DNA of 63,257 bases, counting the filler, from Octopus bimaculoides (taxonomy: Eukaryota): assembly GCF_001194135.2 (NCBI RefSeq). It is 7 parts of 7 records of this genome, joined end to end, with 100 filler letters (N's around TTAATTAATTAA, not from the genome) between each part and the next. Parts side by side here need not be neighbours in the genome. Positions count along the whole stretch, not along the records: positions 15,779 to 31,489 come from NC_069000.1; positions 31,590 to 50,208 come from NC_069006.1; 5 more parts are not named here. One strand, written 5' to 3'. Below the pieces are notes generated by a model, which saw nothing but the letters and a program-made list of their open reading frames with translations, did not search any database and was not told the DNA's origin. Shown here piece by piece: positions 24,101-37,899 of the stretch (the first letter of the stretch is position 1; each line of letters starts with the position of its first letter). A program made the translations under genes and the position numbers.

Positions 24101-27100
24101 ATCTACATGAAGAGTTGATGACTAAAGGAAAAACATGCAGGAAGGGAATGGAATTCTAGAGGACAAACTTCTGAGGAAGAAGGACTTGAGATTACAGTTT
24201 CTGTGAGGCCTGGGAAGATTGGACCCAACAGGAGTAATGAAAAGAGGAAGGATGATTAAGTCGATGGTGCTTGAGTGGAGTTGGCATAAGATCAACCAGC
24301 TCTGAGGAGTAGAGGCCATTATAGTTATAATCATGAAGTTCAAATGACCACGTAGAGGCTCCCTTTGTTGTCTAAATTGAGGTCAGCTCTGAGCAGCTCT
24401 AATTGTGTTCTCCCTATCACATATTTACTATGTGTTTTTATTTTTGAAAGACAGATGTATGTAATTTGAGGAGTATCTGGTTGCTGTTACAAGAAATTGA
24501 GTGAACCATGTAGAGGCTGTCTTTTATAGTGATTGGTAAATAGATTTATTGATCTACACCACTCAAAAGTTGGAACAGCTGTACAAATATTGGACTTGAT
24601 TACACAATAAAGCTCCTCTCTTTGTTGCTTTGCGGCAATATGCGAAATCATCATCATCAGAAGAAGAAGACACAAGGTCATATTTTTTCTTGTGAAGGTG
24701 TCATCAATTAGAAACATACCCTAGTACCTAGACAGGTAACAGTCATATACTGGGGGCTGAGCGAATTAACTGTCCTCCTAAAATTTCTGGCCTTGTATCT
24801 GTGTAAAAAATTCTGATTTTGAGGATAAGGAACTGTTGATAATAACAACCCCCCTCCTTGAGTGGTTCTTTATTTCATTGACCCTTAGAAGATCGATAAG
24901 ACCTTCTGAAGACAAAGCTTATCTCAGCAGAAGTTGAATCCAGAGTGTAAAATGCTATGGCCCTTTATGCTCTGACTTCATATCTTTCCAAAGTTGATTT
25001 TTGCTTTCTATACTTTAATCCTATGACCCCCTAGTATAAAGCCAACCAGTTTCCTTTGGGATTCATTATTTTCTGAGCTGCATGATAACCTTAATAATTC
25101 TGGTGGCACAGAAAGAAAAGACATCCAGTGCACACTGTAAAGTAGTTGGTGTTAAGAAGGGCATCCAGTCCCAGAAACCATGCCAAAGCAGATACCGGAG
25201 CACGATGTGGTCCTTGGATACATCAGATCCTGTCAAACTGTCCAATCCATACTGGCATGGAACATGGATGTTAAACGATGATGATGATCCTTCTGGGGAT
25301 AATGAAATAAATTACCAGTTGAGTGCTGGGGGGGGGGTCTAGTATAATCAAATCCCTCCACCCCACAAAATTGATGACCTTAACTTTTTAATCTCTCTCT
25401 CTTTTTCTCTCTTGCACACATACAAACCCCCTCCTTTTGAAGCTCTCTTCTTGAAAATAATGGAATACAAGGAAAACAACATCACTGATCTTCATACCAT
25501 GACTGAAAGCAAACAGTAAAAAAAAAATTTGCTTTCCCTTGTCTTTCTTTCCCTTGACCACTTGAAACTAAGAAATGAAGGAATGCGAAATGAAAGTGAA
25601 TATGACTACAATGAATCTAGGGAAAATTACCAATCATGTTACTACACAAAAATGATTTATCGTGGGAAATAGCAAGGCATGCAGTGCATACATAGAACCC
25701 TTTTCCTCTGATATATACATATATAGATATGAACCCCTATTGACAGATGGGAAGATATGCACACTAGCAGAAGAGTCTGCCACACACACACACACACACA
25801 CACCTCTTCGAAACGCCAGTGTTAAAACGGAGGTAGCTGATGAAGTAGAATGTTCTCTATGTGGCTTGTGTGTTTTCTCATCTCTGTTTTGTTTGCAATG
25901 TCCTGTACCCAGATATGCACCTATACATACAGGTGGATCTCGGTATGCACATACCTGTACGTATATATGCATATACTCATTTGCTATTTGTTTTATATAT
26001 ATATATANNNNNNNNNNNNNNNNNNNNNNNNNNNNNNNNNNNNNNNNNNNNNNNNNNNNNNNNNNNNNNNNNNNNNNNNNNNNNNNNNNNNNNNNNNNNN
26101 NNNNNNNNNNNNNNNNNNNNNNNNNNNNNNNNNNNNNNNNNNNNNNNNNNNNNNNNNNNNNNNNNNNNNNNNNNNNNNNNNNNNNNNNNNNNNNNNNNNN
26201 NNNNNNNNNNNNNNNNNNNNNNNNNNNNNNNNNNNNNNNNNNNNNNNNNNNNNNNNNNNNNNNNNNNNNNNNNNNNNNNNNNNNNNNNNNNNNNNNNNNN
26301 NNNNNNNNNNNNNNNNNNNNNNNNNNNNNNNNNNNNNNNNNNNNNNNNNNNNNNNNNNNNNNNNNNNNNNNNNNNNNNNNNNNNNNNNNNNNNNNNNNNN
26401 NNNNNNNNNNNNNNNNNNNNNNNNNNNNNNNNNNNNNNNNNNNNNNNNNNNNNNNNNNNNNNNNNNNNNNNNNNNNNNNNNNNNNNNNNNNNNNNNNNNN
26501 NNNNNNNNNNNNNNNNNNNNNNNNNNNNNNNNNNNNNNNNNNNNNNNNNNNNNNNNNNNNNNNNNNNNNNNNNNNNNNNNNNNNNNNNNNNNNNNNNNNN
26601 NNNNNNNNNNNNNNNNNNNNNNNNNNNNNNNNNGACATCTGTCATTAGTGGGGGCTTTGGGGGAAGGTTGTGGCTTCAACATATACAATGGATAATAAGC
26701 TTGGTTTGGAGGTTAACTATACAATCAGATCAAAAGGAAAGCATTTCTTAGGAAACTACTGTTAAAACATATAACGGGAACACATTGAGGCTGTTTTGAA
26801 GTCTATCTCTTTCTTCCATATTGTATTTTTTTGTCTCTTGGGATTAATCAAAGAAGGGCAGTTTCCATGATGGTTTCCTTTTTCTTATTTTTTTTTCTTT
26901 TTTTTTTTTCTTTTTTTTTTTGGTGGGTACTCTGAGACTGGGGTATCAGATAAAATGGTAAAAGAAATGAGAAACTTGGTCAGAAAGGCGGTGACTGTGT
27001 GCAAAGATTTTGTCCCAACTGCATGGTTCTGGGTTCTGATGGAAGATACTTGCTCGAGATGCTCTGTTGTGGGATTGAACCAGGAACTACACAATTACAA

Positions 27101-27898
27101 TGCAAATTTCTTAACCCTACAGCTAAGCCAACGCTCAGATTTATTTAAGCTTGACACACTGGTGGAATGATGGCAATGATAGGATATTGGAGGACAAAAT
27201 GAACTGGAAAGTCATGGTTGGAACCCTTTTGACCATAGGTTTGATATGGAACTAAACAATGCAGCAACATAAATTGATCGATATATCCCAGGTTCAAACT
27301 CACCTGTAGTTATTGCATGTTTTTATCTCATATAAATTTCATGTTATATTGATTGCTTCACTTGAGACCTAGTTGACTACTAGCTACTGTTGCTAGTTCA
27401 CGCATGAGTGGTCATCGGAGGGGGGGGGAGTTGTTTCTGTGTTATGTAACTACAGATGAAGTAAGCTATTCAGTGAATTTTACCGGCGTGAACAAATAGT
27501 TGGGGAATTAGTCAGTAACTCAAGAAAAGAAAAAAAAAAGGAATAATAATAATAATTTGGTTCAGTGATCAAAAATGGTAGTGTGCTAGTTGCAGTACGA
27601 TTTCATGTAATTACAAATATATCCACTTCATTCAATAAGATGATAGTGCAAAATGTATGTATGTCTGTCTATATAACAGAGCGTTATTGAAATACAAATT
27701 GTGATGTTGCGAGATCAATGTAAATTGTTATTGAAGTGTAAATAAATGGTTCAGTAAGGAAGATTTATGGAATTGATGAGAGGGAAAAGAGTGAATTCTG
27801 TAAAGAATCACAAGAATCCATTAAACTGGTATTTCATTTCAGTTTCTGTAGCTGATCTTATATATATATATGATTTACATATATATATGATTTATATT

Positions 27899-28356
27899 AA
27901 AGATTTCTCTTACCGGCTTTCATTGCGAAGCAAATTTTCAAGAAGAGGGAGAATGAAAATGTTTTTTACAAACAGGAAGTGTGTGTAAGGGGAGACAAAT
28001 GTTTTTAGTTGAAAAAAAGAGTTCATAACTCTAATTAAAAACATTTGTCTCCCCTTACACACACTTCCTGTTTTGACACCACACTTCCTGCTTAACACAA
28101 ACTTTTAACCCTTTTTTTAAACCTAACACAACTCTCAATTCTCATGCATCCTTATTTTTCCAACCATTATATACATGAACTACCATTGAACTTCTAAAGC
28201 TCAAAGACAATATAATGTATTGGTATATTTATTTTTTTATATGTTATTTTTTTTATATATTATTTTCTTCATTTTGTACTTCTTTGTAAAAAACATTTTC
28301 ATTCTCCCTCTTCTTGAAAATTTGCTTCGCAATGAAAGCCGGTTAGAGAAATCTTT
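27899..28356. mobile_element. Unclassified fold-back MITE with nested inverted repeats
   Basis: 74-bp outer IR (27899-27972 / 28283-28356, one mismatch) plus inner 41-bp IR (27970-28010 / 28033-28073). Confidence 0.75.
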
Positions 28357-29377
28357 ATTAAAATATGCTTCCAGTTTAGCATTCTGCCTTATTATTATTT
28401 TTCATTTTCCTATATATATATATATATATATAGATGACCAATGTCAGGGTTGTATAACTGGCACTCATGCCGGTGGCATGTAAAAAGCACCAACACAGCC
28501 CTCGGGCTAGTAAGATCGTGTTGAACCTCCACCTTCTGTAGATACCTACTTCCTCTAACCATGGTGCTTATTCCTTGTATATAACGGAAATATGACAATG
28601 TGCATTTAAGTACCTTCTTCAGAAGTTCTGTAACAAGTAAGAACTACAACTTGCTTTTTTTTTTTCAACTGGTATCAGTTATTTGACTGTGGTCGTGGTG
28701 GGGGCCAGTTATATTAACCCTTGTGCTTTTGCTAATTATTTTATTGGCTTCAGAGTTTGATAAAAGATAAAGTTGTCCAGGAAGGTAAGCAACCAGCATG
28801 GACTGAAACACCATGAGATATTTTTTTATTTAACACTCTGAATTTTGCTGGCCTTCACCAATGACCACACATACACAAACATGTCTGTCTACCAAATTTC
28901 ACACTCGAGATTTTAGTCAATATGAGGTTAGAGTTAAAGATACTTAGGCAAGGTGATGTGTAGTCTTTATTTAGTTTACTGCCATGATGCATGCATCAGT
29001 CCCATCATGGTAGTAAACTAAATAAAAAAAGAAAAAAGAAACATTGGTGGCATGGAGAGGGGGAGGCCGGTATTGAATGGCTGACTGCTGGTCTTCCATA
29101 TACAACTTTTCCCAGACCTGTGCCTTGGAAGGTAAAAGACAAAGTCAGACTCTTTAGGATTTGAACTTGTAGTGTAGGGAACCAAAAGAAAGTGGGACTG
29201 AACCTGAGATCACATGATTCCAAAGTGAGCTTCCTAACCACTTGGCTATGTCCATTCCTTTGACCAAACACAGAACGCATCCCTGAGTACATGCATACAA
29301 GCGCTTGTGTAGCAGAAGACATATAAAACTGTCAGAATATATAAATGGATATAGAGTTGAAATAAAATCTGGAAACC

Positions 29378-29408
<31 letters not shown>

Positions 29409-30747
29409 TGCTTCAAATAGTAACAAAACCATGAAAAATATGTGAAGTATAATTCATAACTAAAGAAGCCATAAGATTTAGAACTGAAATAAAAGTTGTG
29501 ATTGAGAATCACATTAAAAATACATGAAGGACATAGCCATAAAGACACCAGCAGCAGTAACAGCAACTTAAGAATTAAGAAAGAAAGAAAAATACAAGAC
29601 AGTGTTAAGGTATAAAGATAAAAATATCAACAGGAATTAATATTTGAAGAGTGGGTAATAAAACCAAGCAATGAGAAATAGTCGAATAGAGGAGATAGAT
29701 AAAAAAAAAAAGACATTGTTCTGTCATAAAATATATACACATTTGTAGTTGGCTTGCTGGTGGATTGGAAAACAAAAATGTTTGGAGGACTGGTAAAAAT
29801 TGCAGTGCAACGAGAAAGCCTCCATACTAGATCTCTTCATCCTTCTCTCTGTCTGTCTCTCTCTCTTGTCTTTTTTAAGTTAGAAGGCACATGCCTCGGT
29901 GGTTAGAGCATCGGGCTCACAATCATGAGGTAGTGAGTTCAATTCCTAGAACAGGCTGTGTGGTGTGTTCTTGAGCAAGACGCTATATTTCTCATTGCTC
30001 CAGTTCACTCAGCTATAGGGGTGAGTTGTGATGTCACTGGTGCCAAGCTGTATTGTCCTTTGCCTCTCCTTTGGATAACATCGGTGATATGGATAGGAGA
30101 AGCTGGTATGCATGGGCAACTGCTGGTCTTCCATAAATAACTTTGCATAGACTTGTGCCTTGGAGGGCAACTTTCTAGGTGCAATCCCATGGTCATTCAT
30201 GACCGAAGGGGACTTTACCCTTTATATCTTTTGAGAGTTGATATCAATGATCCAAGGGGATTAGAAAAAGAATTGTTTGGTGAACTACTAAAATAAGAGG
30301 GCCTCCACATCCCTGTTTGTCCCTCTCTCTCTCTCTATCCCTGTTCGTCCCTCTCTTTCCACGTTCTTGTTCGATTGACGAAACTGAAAAGAAGTCCAGC
30401 TTGTGAATGTGGTTTTTCTCATCCTGACATTGTGCATTAATTGTAAATAACTTCACTATCATACAACCAGCGATGTTTGTTTGCAATTGTTCCATGGAAA
30501 CCTGTCTGGATTCAGGGGGAAATATTACCTTGCTTGGAAACCGATGAGGTTTCGGCAACAGAAAGGGCTTCCTGCTGTAGAAAATCTGCTTGAACAAATC
30601 TTGTCTGACCCAGGCAATTATGGAAAAGGAGACATTAAAATGACAACGATTTTTATAGATATATATCCTGCTGTTTGAACCATTCTTTTTATTGATTTCT
30701 CTTTTATGCCAGTATTAATGTTTTATTTTCTTTCATTGTTTTTACAG

Positions 30748-30792
30748 GATGGATCATATCTTGCTGAGTTCCTGTTGGCAAAGGGCTATGAG
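30748..30792 (+). CDS. GMDS: Internal coding exon of GDP-mannose 4,6-dehydratase (DGSYLAEFLLAKGYE)
   Basis: Polypyrimidine acceptor (ttttattttctttcattgtttttacag|GAT), 45 nt, phase 0/0, donor GAG|gtaacg. The peptide matches the GMDS segment after the GITGQ motif (human DGSYLAEFLLEKGYE), which I recall is also a 45-nt exon 2 in human. Flanking exons were not found in the sequenced parts of the window. Confidence 0.93.
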
Positions 30793-31589
30793 GTAACGTG
30801 GTTTGCTGTTTACATATTTCATTGAGATATTGAGCAATTTCCTTAACCGTATCTGAGTTCAAATTTCACTGAGGTCATCTTTACATTTCATCCTTTCGGG
30901 GTTGATAAATTAAGTACCCATTGAGTATTGGGGGCAATGTAATCGACTGTTCCCCTCCTCCAGATTTCAGGCCTTGTGCCTATAACAGAAAGGATTATAA
31001 CAAGGTAGTATATTTGTAAAATCAGTAGAGCATAGCTATCAATAATGCCATCAGGTAGCATTTGTTTACGTCCCTTTACATTGTGAGTTCAAGTCCTACT
31101 GGAGATTGAATTTAGCTGTCTTCCTCCTGGAGTTTTAAAAAAAAAAACACCATAAATATTAAGAATACTTGTTAAGTATGTCGGGTGTCATTCTGATCAA
31201 CTGTGGAGCTTTGTGTGGTCAAAGCTTGAGATCATTATCAACAGATGTGTGGCTTTGATGTAAGACATCTGTGGATTATTGAGATCATAAAAGATTAAAA
31301 AACAAAACACACACATTCATAGGTCTGTTTACAGTTTGTTAATGTTTCAACCACAATTGTGCACTACTACTACTACGACTCCAACCACAGCAACCACCAC
31401 TATTTCTGCCAAAACCACCACTTCTCCCACTACCACCACCACCACCACTCCAACCACCACCACCACCACTACTCCCACCACCACCACTANNNNNNNNNNN
31501 NNNNNNNNNNNNNNNNNNNNNNNNNNNNNNNNNTTAATTAATTAANNNNNNNNNNNNNNNNNNNNNNNNNNNNNNNNNNNNNNNNNNNN

Positions 31590-31919
31590 CCCTGCTTCTC
31601 ACATGGACAACTGTATGTTGGCTGCTCAAGAGTGGGCAGCAACAAAAAACCTATTTGTATATGCTCCACAAGGGAAAACAAGGAACATAGTTTACAATGA
31701 GGTGTTATAATCACAACAGCAAGAAAGTATGTACATGATCACCTTCTTTTACGAAACTTCATTGACTTTCATATATTTATATTGATATACATATATATAC
31801 GTGTGTTTGGGTGCGTGTGTGTATATACATCTCTATATATAAAGATGATGCGTAGTCTAGACGGCGTTTTTAGATATCATTATTCTCTTTAACCCGGGCA
31901 ACGCCGGGTATTTCTGCTA

Positions 31920-31920
<1 letters not shown>
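31590..31920 (+). mobile_element. Helitron 3' end (RepHel helicase C-terminus, subterminal hairpin, CTAG)
   Basis: PCFSHGQLYVGCSRVGSNKNLFVYAPQGKTRNIVYNEVL* at 31590-31710; hairpin acccgggcaacgccgggt followed by atttctgCTAG|T. Confidence 0.9.
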
Positions 31921-31957
<37 letters not shown>

Positions 31958-32944
31958 TTAAACTAAAAGGATGCATTCAGTTTACCATTCTACGCGTTTC
32001 AACCATGGACTTGTCTATGTGTGCGCCTGAGCCTTCACCCAGTGTGAAATCCGGCGTTGGTTTGTTTGCGCCCCCTCCCGCATAATGGTTCAGCAAAAAC
32101 AAAACCGAAAAAATAATTGCCAGGCTTGAAAGAGAAAAAAAGAAAAGAATTACTGGGGTCAATTCATTCCTTCGACCAAAACCCTTCACGGCCGTAGTCC
32201 AGCGAAAGAAACGACCAGAAGGTATAAGACGTCTGGGTGTTGTCCAATATAGTCCTTCCATTTAAGGCTGCGAGCTGGCAGAATCGGTAGCACGCCGGGC
32301 GAAATGCTGTTGTAGTGATGATGATGATACTGGGGGTTACCTTGTTTCGGAGCTAGACGTGAATGATACTTGTTCTAGCGATAAGGTAGTAAAAAAGGGG
32401 GTCAGGAAAGAAGGTAGTGGCTGACATTGAGCTGAGGCAAGAGGTAGGGGTAACGGCAAGGTTTTTTTTTTTTTTTGTGGGTTCTTTTAATGTTGGAAGA
32501 GGTGAAGTGCGGAAGGTCTTGGGAACAGCAGCCTGTAGGATTTCACACAACTTTCGTAACTGCGAACAACCCACAGAGACAAATATACACGTATATGTGT
32601 ATTATAAGACGTGCCTGTGTGTCTATTTTTATTTATTTATATACATGTACACACACACACACACACAAACACGTGTATGTTAATGTGTGTGTATATACAC
32701 ACATCTTTATAACCTTAAAAACGTCAACTTGTGAACATAGCTATACAGTTATGTCATCTATAAGCTGTATAATTATACACCCACATATATACGGTTGTTT
32801 ACGTTAAACTTTTTATACGTAATACAGGTTTTGTGTACGTATGTATATTATATATTATATTATATTGTATTGTATAATATATATATATATATATATTATA
32901 TATTAAGTGATGGCTTGTTGCCAACTCAATGTGGCAGTCTCATA

Positions 32945-33170
32945 TTTCGTTATTGCCCACAGGGGGCTAAAGACACAGCGGACAAACAAGGACAAATGAA
33001 TTAAGTCGATTACATCGACCCCAGTACGTAACTGATACCTATTTAATCGACCCCGAAAAGATGAAAGGCAAAGTAGACCTCGGCGGAATTTGAACTCAGA
33101 ACGTAAGGGCAGACGAAATACCGCTAAGCATTTCGCCGGCGTGCTAAAGTTTCTGCCAGTTTGCCGCCCT
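32945..33170 (-). mobile_element. SINE family B (Deu/Nin-domain type), near full length
   Basis: Reverse complement has a tRNA-like head, gttctgagttcaaattccgccgaggtctactttgcctttcatcttttcggggtcgattaaataggtatcagttacgtactggggtcgat. Other copies at about 19855, 21410, 22395, 30840 (+), 52260, 55340, 59790, 60500 and 62870. Confidence 0.8.
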
Positions 33171-33423
33171 CCTATGTGAAGGCGCCGGCTCACTATCGAA
33201 AGAGTCGCGAGTTGGATTCCCGGTGGCACATTGTGACCTTGAGCAAGATCCTCTATTTCACGTTGCTCCAGTCCACTCAGCTGCCAAAAATTAATAGGAC
33301 TTGTAATTCAAAGGGCCAGCTTTGTCACATTCTGAGTCACATTGCATCACCCTAAGAACCACATTAAAGGTATGCGTGTCTGTGGAATACTCGGCTACTT
33401 GCTCGTTGATCGAATCAAGGTAT

Positions 33424-34066
33424 ACCTCTACGTGTCCAACCCCTCCCGACTTTTTTGTTACTTCATAACTTCCAGAAAGAAAAAAAAATTGATATTTTTC
33501 AATGAAATGTTCTGCAAATAAGGTTCGGGTGGTGCACATTCCAATTCTAAAGTGTCGGCTTCGTTTCCTCATAACTCTCAGGAAATGTTTCTAAAAGTAT
33601 CTACCAGAGTGCGTAATTACGATTATACCATTATTTAATATGAAAAAGAAAATTAGTGAACACGTACACATACACAATTTTTTTTCGAAATTTCCAGTTT
33701 CATTTTGTAGATGTGGATGTATGTGTGTGTGTGTGTGTGTGTGTCATTTTGTATGTGTACGAGTCCAATTTTGCTTTTCATATTAAATTCCGATATAATT
33801 GTAATCTATACACTCTGAAAGGTATTTATAGAAAATTTCATTTAAAAAAATACCTATTCAGGGGGGGAAAAAGCCAACTCGTGTGAATTTTCCGAAAATC
33901 CTCTCTCCACCCTCGGAAATTTTTTTTTTTTTTTCACAGAAAATTCCGATATAATAGGGATATACACCATCTGAAGCGAATTTGCTGAAATTTTCATACA
34001 AAAATATACATTTTTCTGGAAGTTATGAAACAACAAAGTCGAGAGGTGGGGCACATATGTGGAGGT
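33424..34066. mobile_element. Unclassified non-autonomous DNA transposon with about 90-bp degenerate TIRs, inserted in a SINE D
   Basis: Left acctctacgtgtccaacccctcccgacttttttgttacttcataacttccagaaa matches the reverse complement of right tttctggaagttatgaaacaacaaagtcgagaggtggggcacatatgtggaggt. SINE D sequence resumes after it. Confidence 0.6.
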
Positions 34067-35259
34067 CTGTCGAGATCAACTGGAACGCTCGTAGTCGTAA
34101 CCGACGGAATGCCAATTATAGACATACATAATCTAATGTGGATGGATCATTAGAGAGACAGATAGACATAGCAATATTCTTAACAGCGTTCCAAGTATAT
34201 TTGTGTGCCATTACCAAACTCAGTTCAGTCATTGGACTGCGGCCAAGCTGGGGCATTATCTTGAGGAATTTTAGTTGAATGAATCGACCCCAATACTTTC
34301 TTTAAGCCTGCTACTTATTCTATTAACAAACGGGAACGTAAACATACCAACACCAGTTGTCAAGCGGGAGGGGAGACGCACATACACGACAGACTTCTTT
34401 CGGTTTCCATCTACCAAATCCACTCACAAGGTTTTGGTCGGTCCGAGGTTATAATAGAAGACACTTGCCCAAGGAGCCACTGAATCCGAAACCATGTGGT
34501 TGGAAAACCAGCTTCTTACCACACTTGCACCTATAGGTTAAAAACAATCCAAGACATGCCTTACGTCATGAGAATGTCTCTGAGACTGACGCCATCAGAA
34601 GGGGAGCGCCCAAAGCAAAGTAGTCTTGCACACACATGCATACATGTGTATATAAATACGTATGTAAAATACAGGGATAAAAGTAAATGTGTGTGTGTAT
34701 ACACACGCACGCTCGTAAATAAACATACATATGCACCTATCTGTACATTTATAAGCACATGTAAGTGTATGTGTGTGAATATGCATATGTGTGTGTGTGT
34801 GTGTGTGTCCCCCAACATCGTTTCACAACCGATGCTGGTGTGTTTACGTCCCCGTAACTTAGCGTTTCGGCCTAAGAGACCGATAGAATAAAGTACTAAG
34901 CTTACAAAGAATAAGTCCTGGGGTCGATTTGCTCGACAAAAGGCGGTGCTCCAGCATGGCCGCAGTCAAATGACTTGAAACAAGTAAAAGAATAAAAGTA
35001 TATATATATACACACACACATACATACATACTTACATATCTATGTATGTGTGTATATATATACACACACACACACATATCTGTGTGTGTATACACACACA
35101 GAGCAAGCAGTGTTTTTATACATAATTCTAACTACCTGTTTTAATATCCACTATATTATTCCGCACACACACACACACACACAAGCTCAGTTCCCTTTCC
35201 ATTAATTATTATCCTTCCAACTGTAAGAAACCATTTGTGAAGTCCAGACGCCCAAAGGA

Positions 35260-36466
35260 GCTCTTACAGACTGATGACCTCATTCTTTCAGCTGAAGCTG
35301 CGGTGGGATTAAAGAAAATTCAAAGTGAAGAAGCAAAGGGCCTTAAAAGTTGAATTAGCAAAGACTAATGTTTTAGACAGGACCTGTTCCACCAAAGGAA
35401 TGGCTTTGTTTTATATGTAGAAAAGGAGTGGGTAGATATTGCATACGGTGTACTCAGTAAAAACTATGGACACACAAGAAGTGCAGTAAAATCATGTGCA
35501 GATTAGAAAGACTTTCATCACCATCTGACATCCATACTTTTCCATATTTGTATGGGTGACATGGAATGTATTGAGACCGATTTTCTATGGCCAGATGCTT
35601 TTCCTAATATCAGCCTTCACTTTCCAAGAATGACAATATTTCTCATGGCCAGATATGGAAACAAACGTTCTTTCCATGGTAGTGATGCTCGTTTACAACC
35701 ATTGAGGCAAGACAAGGGTGTGTATATACACACACACATGCACGCGAGTGCATAGGCGTGGCTGTGTGGTAAGAAGCTTGCTTCCCAACCACATGGTTTC
35801 AAGTTCAGTCCCACTGTGTGGCACCTTGTGAACAGATTTGGTAGACAGAAACTGAAAGAAGCCCGTCGTATATATATAATGTAAATATTTATGTCTGTGC
35901 TTGTTCCTCCACCCCCATCGTTTGAGAAATGAGGTTGGTGTGTTCACGTCCCCATAACTTAGCTGTTCGGCAAAAAAAAAACGATAGAGTAAGTATATCA
36001 AATCCACTCACAAGGCTCTGGTCAGCCCAGGGCCATCATAGAAATTACCTGCACAAGGAACCATATGGTTGGAAAGCCAGCTTCTTACCTACACAGCCAC
36101 ACATGTATGTAGAATATGTACAGAAGCAATCAACACTGAGGGGACACAGGAATGATTCTCTCAAATGCCTAGAAGGATCCCTAGAATGGGTCGATAGCTT
36201 CTATTACAAGGGTGACCTTATTAGCAGTCAAAGAGTATGTTTGAAAGTGTTGGAGACAGGCTGGAGAAAGTTCTGGGAGATATTACCTCTGTAGGTAATA
36301 AAAGGTTGTTTATTTTATTTTTTTCCTTCTCAGATTGAAAGGCAGACTGTGATGCTTGAGTCCAACTGTCGCGCTACATGGTAGAGAGATAAGGGTCCTA
36401 AATGCAGAAAAACTGTGGAAACTAAAAGAGAAATTAATTGAGCATGCTCTGTTGAATGTACAACAT

Positions 36467-36521
<55 letters not shown>

Positions 36522-36830
36522 ACAATACAATTGCGTTGAGGGGGCAAAAAAACTGGGTTGGTCTAAGAGGAATCAGATGTAGTGTGTAAGAGAGAAGACT
36601 ATTGATTTGGGTATGTCAGGTATATAAACGAGGACAGGTGTATGAAGTACTAATCATTAAAATGGCTGGAACTTGTGGAAGAGGAAAACAGGAAAATGTG
36701 GGATGAAGTGGAGAATGATCTTAAGACATTGAGCTTAACAGAGATGAGAAAGAAATGAAATTACTCGAGACATGCAGTGCTCCAGAAGACCCTACTCCTA
36801 TGCAAGTGCAACAAAATCCATGTTGAAGTG
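35260..36830 (+). mobile_element. RTE-clade LINE remnants (RT and 3' end), broken by SINEs and (TG)n
   Basis: DDLILSAE..; WLCFICRKGVG...CTQ*KLWTHKKCS; LGLRGIRCSV*ERRL; GTCGRGK.RK.WDEV..DLKTLSLT. A further fragment lies at about 37230-37410. Confidence 0.7.
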
Positions 36831-36896
36831 GTAGTAGAAACAGAAGTAGTCCGAACTTAGCCATTTGTATCTAATTTTCTGAAGACCTTCCCTTAA

Positions 36897-37120
36897 CCTT
36901 TTAACAATTAAACTGGCCACATCCAGTCAAAATATTCTTCTAGTTTTATATTCAAAATGACCAGATCCAGTTTCTCACACATCTACCCTACAATATTAAT
37001 CTAAAAATGTATACAATCACATCATCAAAATCTCAAAGCTATAAGACAATGCATGATTAATTTGAAACAATGTGAATAAATAAGTTTTACATTTGACAGA
37101 GTCATCTGAATGCTAAAGGG
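36897..37120 (+). mobile_element. piggyBac-type MITE copy
   Basis: TTAA 36893-96 ... atctgaatgctaaaggg TTAA 37121-24. Confidence 0.8.
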
Positions 37121-37899
37121 TTAAACATTTCAATACCAACCCACCAAGAGACTGCCTTTAACTCTATAATACAAAACTTTCCATAACTGCCTCTGGAGAT
37201 TGATAAAGAGAAAAAAATTATTTTAAAAATGCATGAGCTGTGTTGAGAGAAAAACTGGGCCTCAGAGGAATCAAATGTCGAGTGCAAGAGAGAAGATTGT
37301 TGTTATGGATATGTGATGTGTATGGAGGAGTATAGCTGTATAAGTGTCAGTCACTGTAAGAGACTAAAGAAGACCCTGGATAATGTTGAGTCTCATGGAG
37401 GTGATGATGATGATGATGATGACTGGAAGCACAATGTGTGTGCAGGGATGACCATGCAGTTAAGAAGCTCATTTTAGAATTATATGATTTTCGGTTCTGT
37501 CCCCGTGTAGTACCTTGGACATGTGTCTTTCACTATTAGCCCTGGGTCACCCAGTGACTTACAAGTGAATTTGAAAGATGGAAACTATGTGGAAGGCCAT
37601 TGTATGTGTATATAAGAGTGTGTGTGTGTGTTTATGTTTACCCTTATCCAATAACAACCAGTGTTGGTTTGTTTCGTCCCCATAATGGTGAGTTGACAAA
37701 AGAGACATAGAACAAGCACCAGACTTAGGAAATATGTACAGTAATTGATTTATTTAATTAAACCCTTCATGGCAATGCCCCCAACATGGCCCAAATCCAA
37801 TGACTGAAACAAGTAAAAGGGCTATCAATATCTGTGTCCCTTTCAAGTCTACCTACACCAACCAGCTGATCCCTTGTCCTTCCATCACTCTTCTATCTA

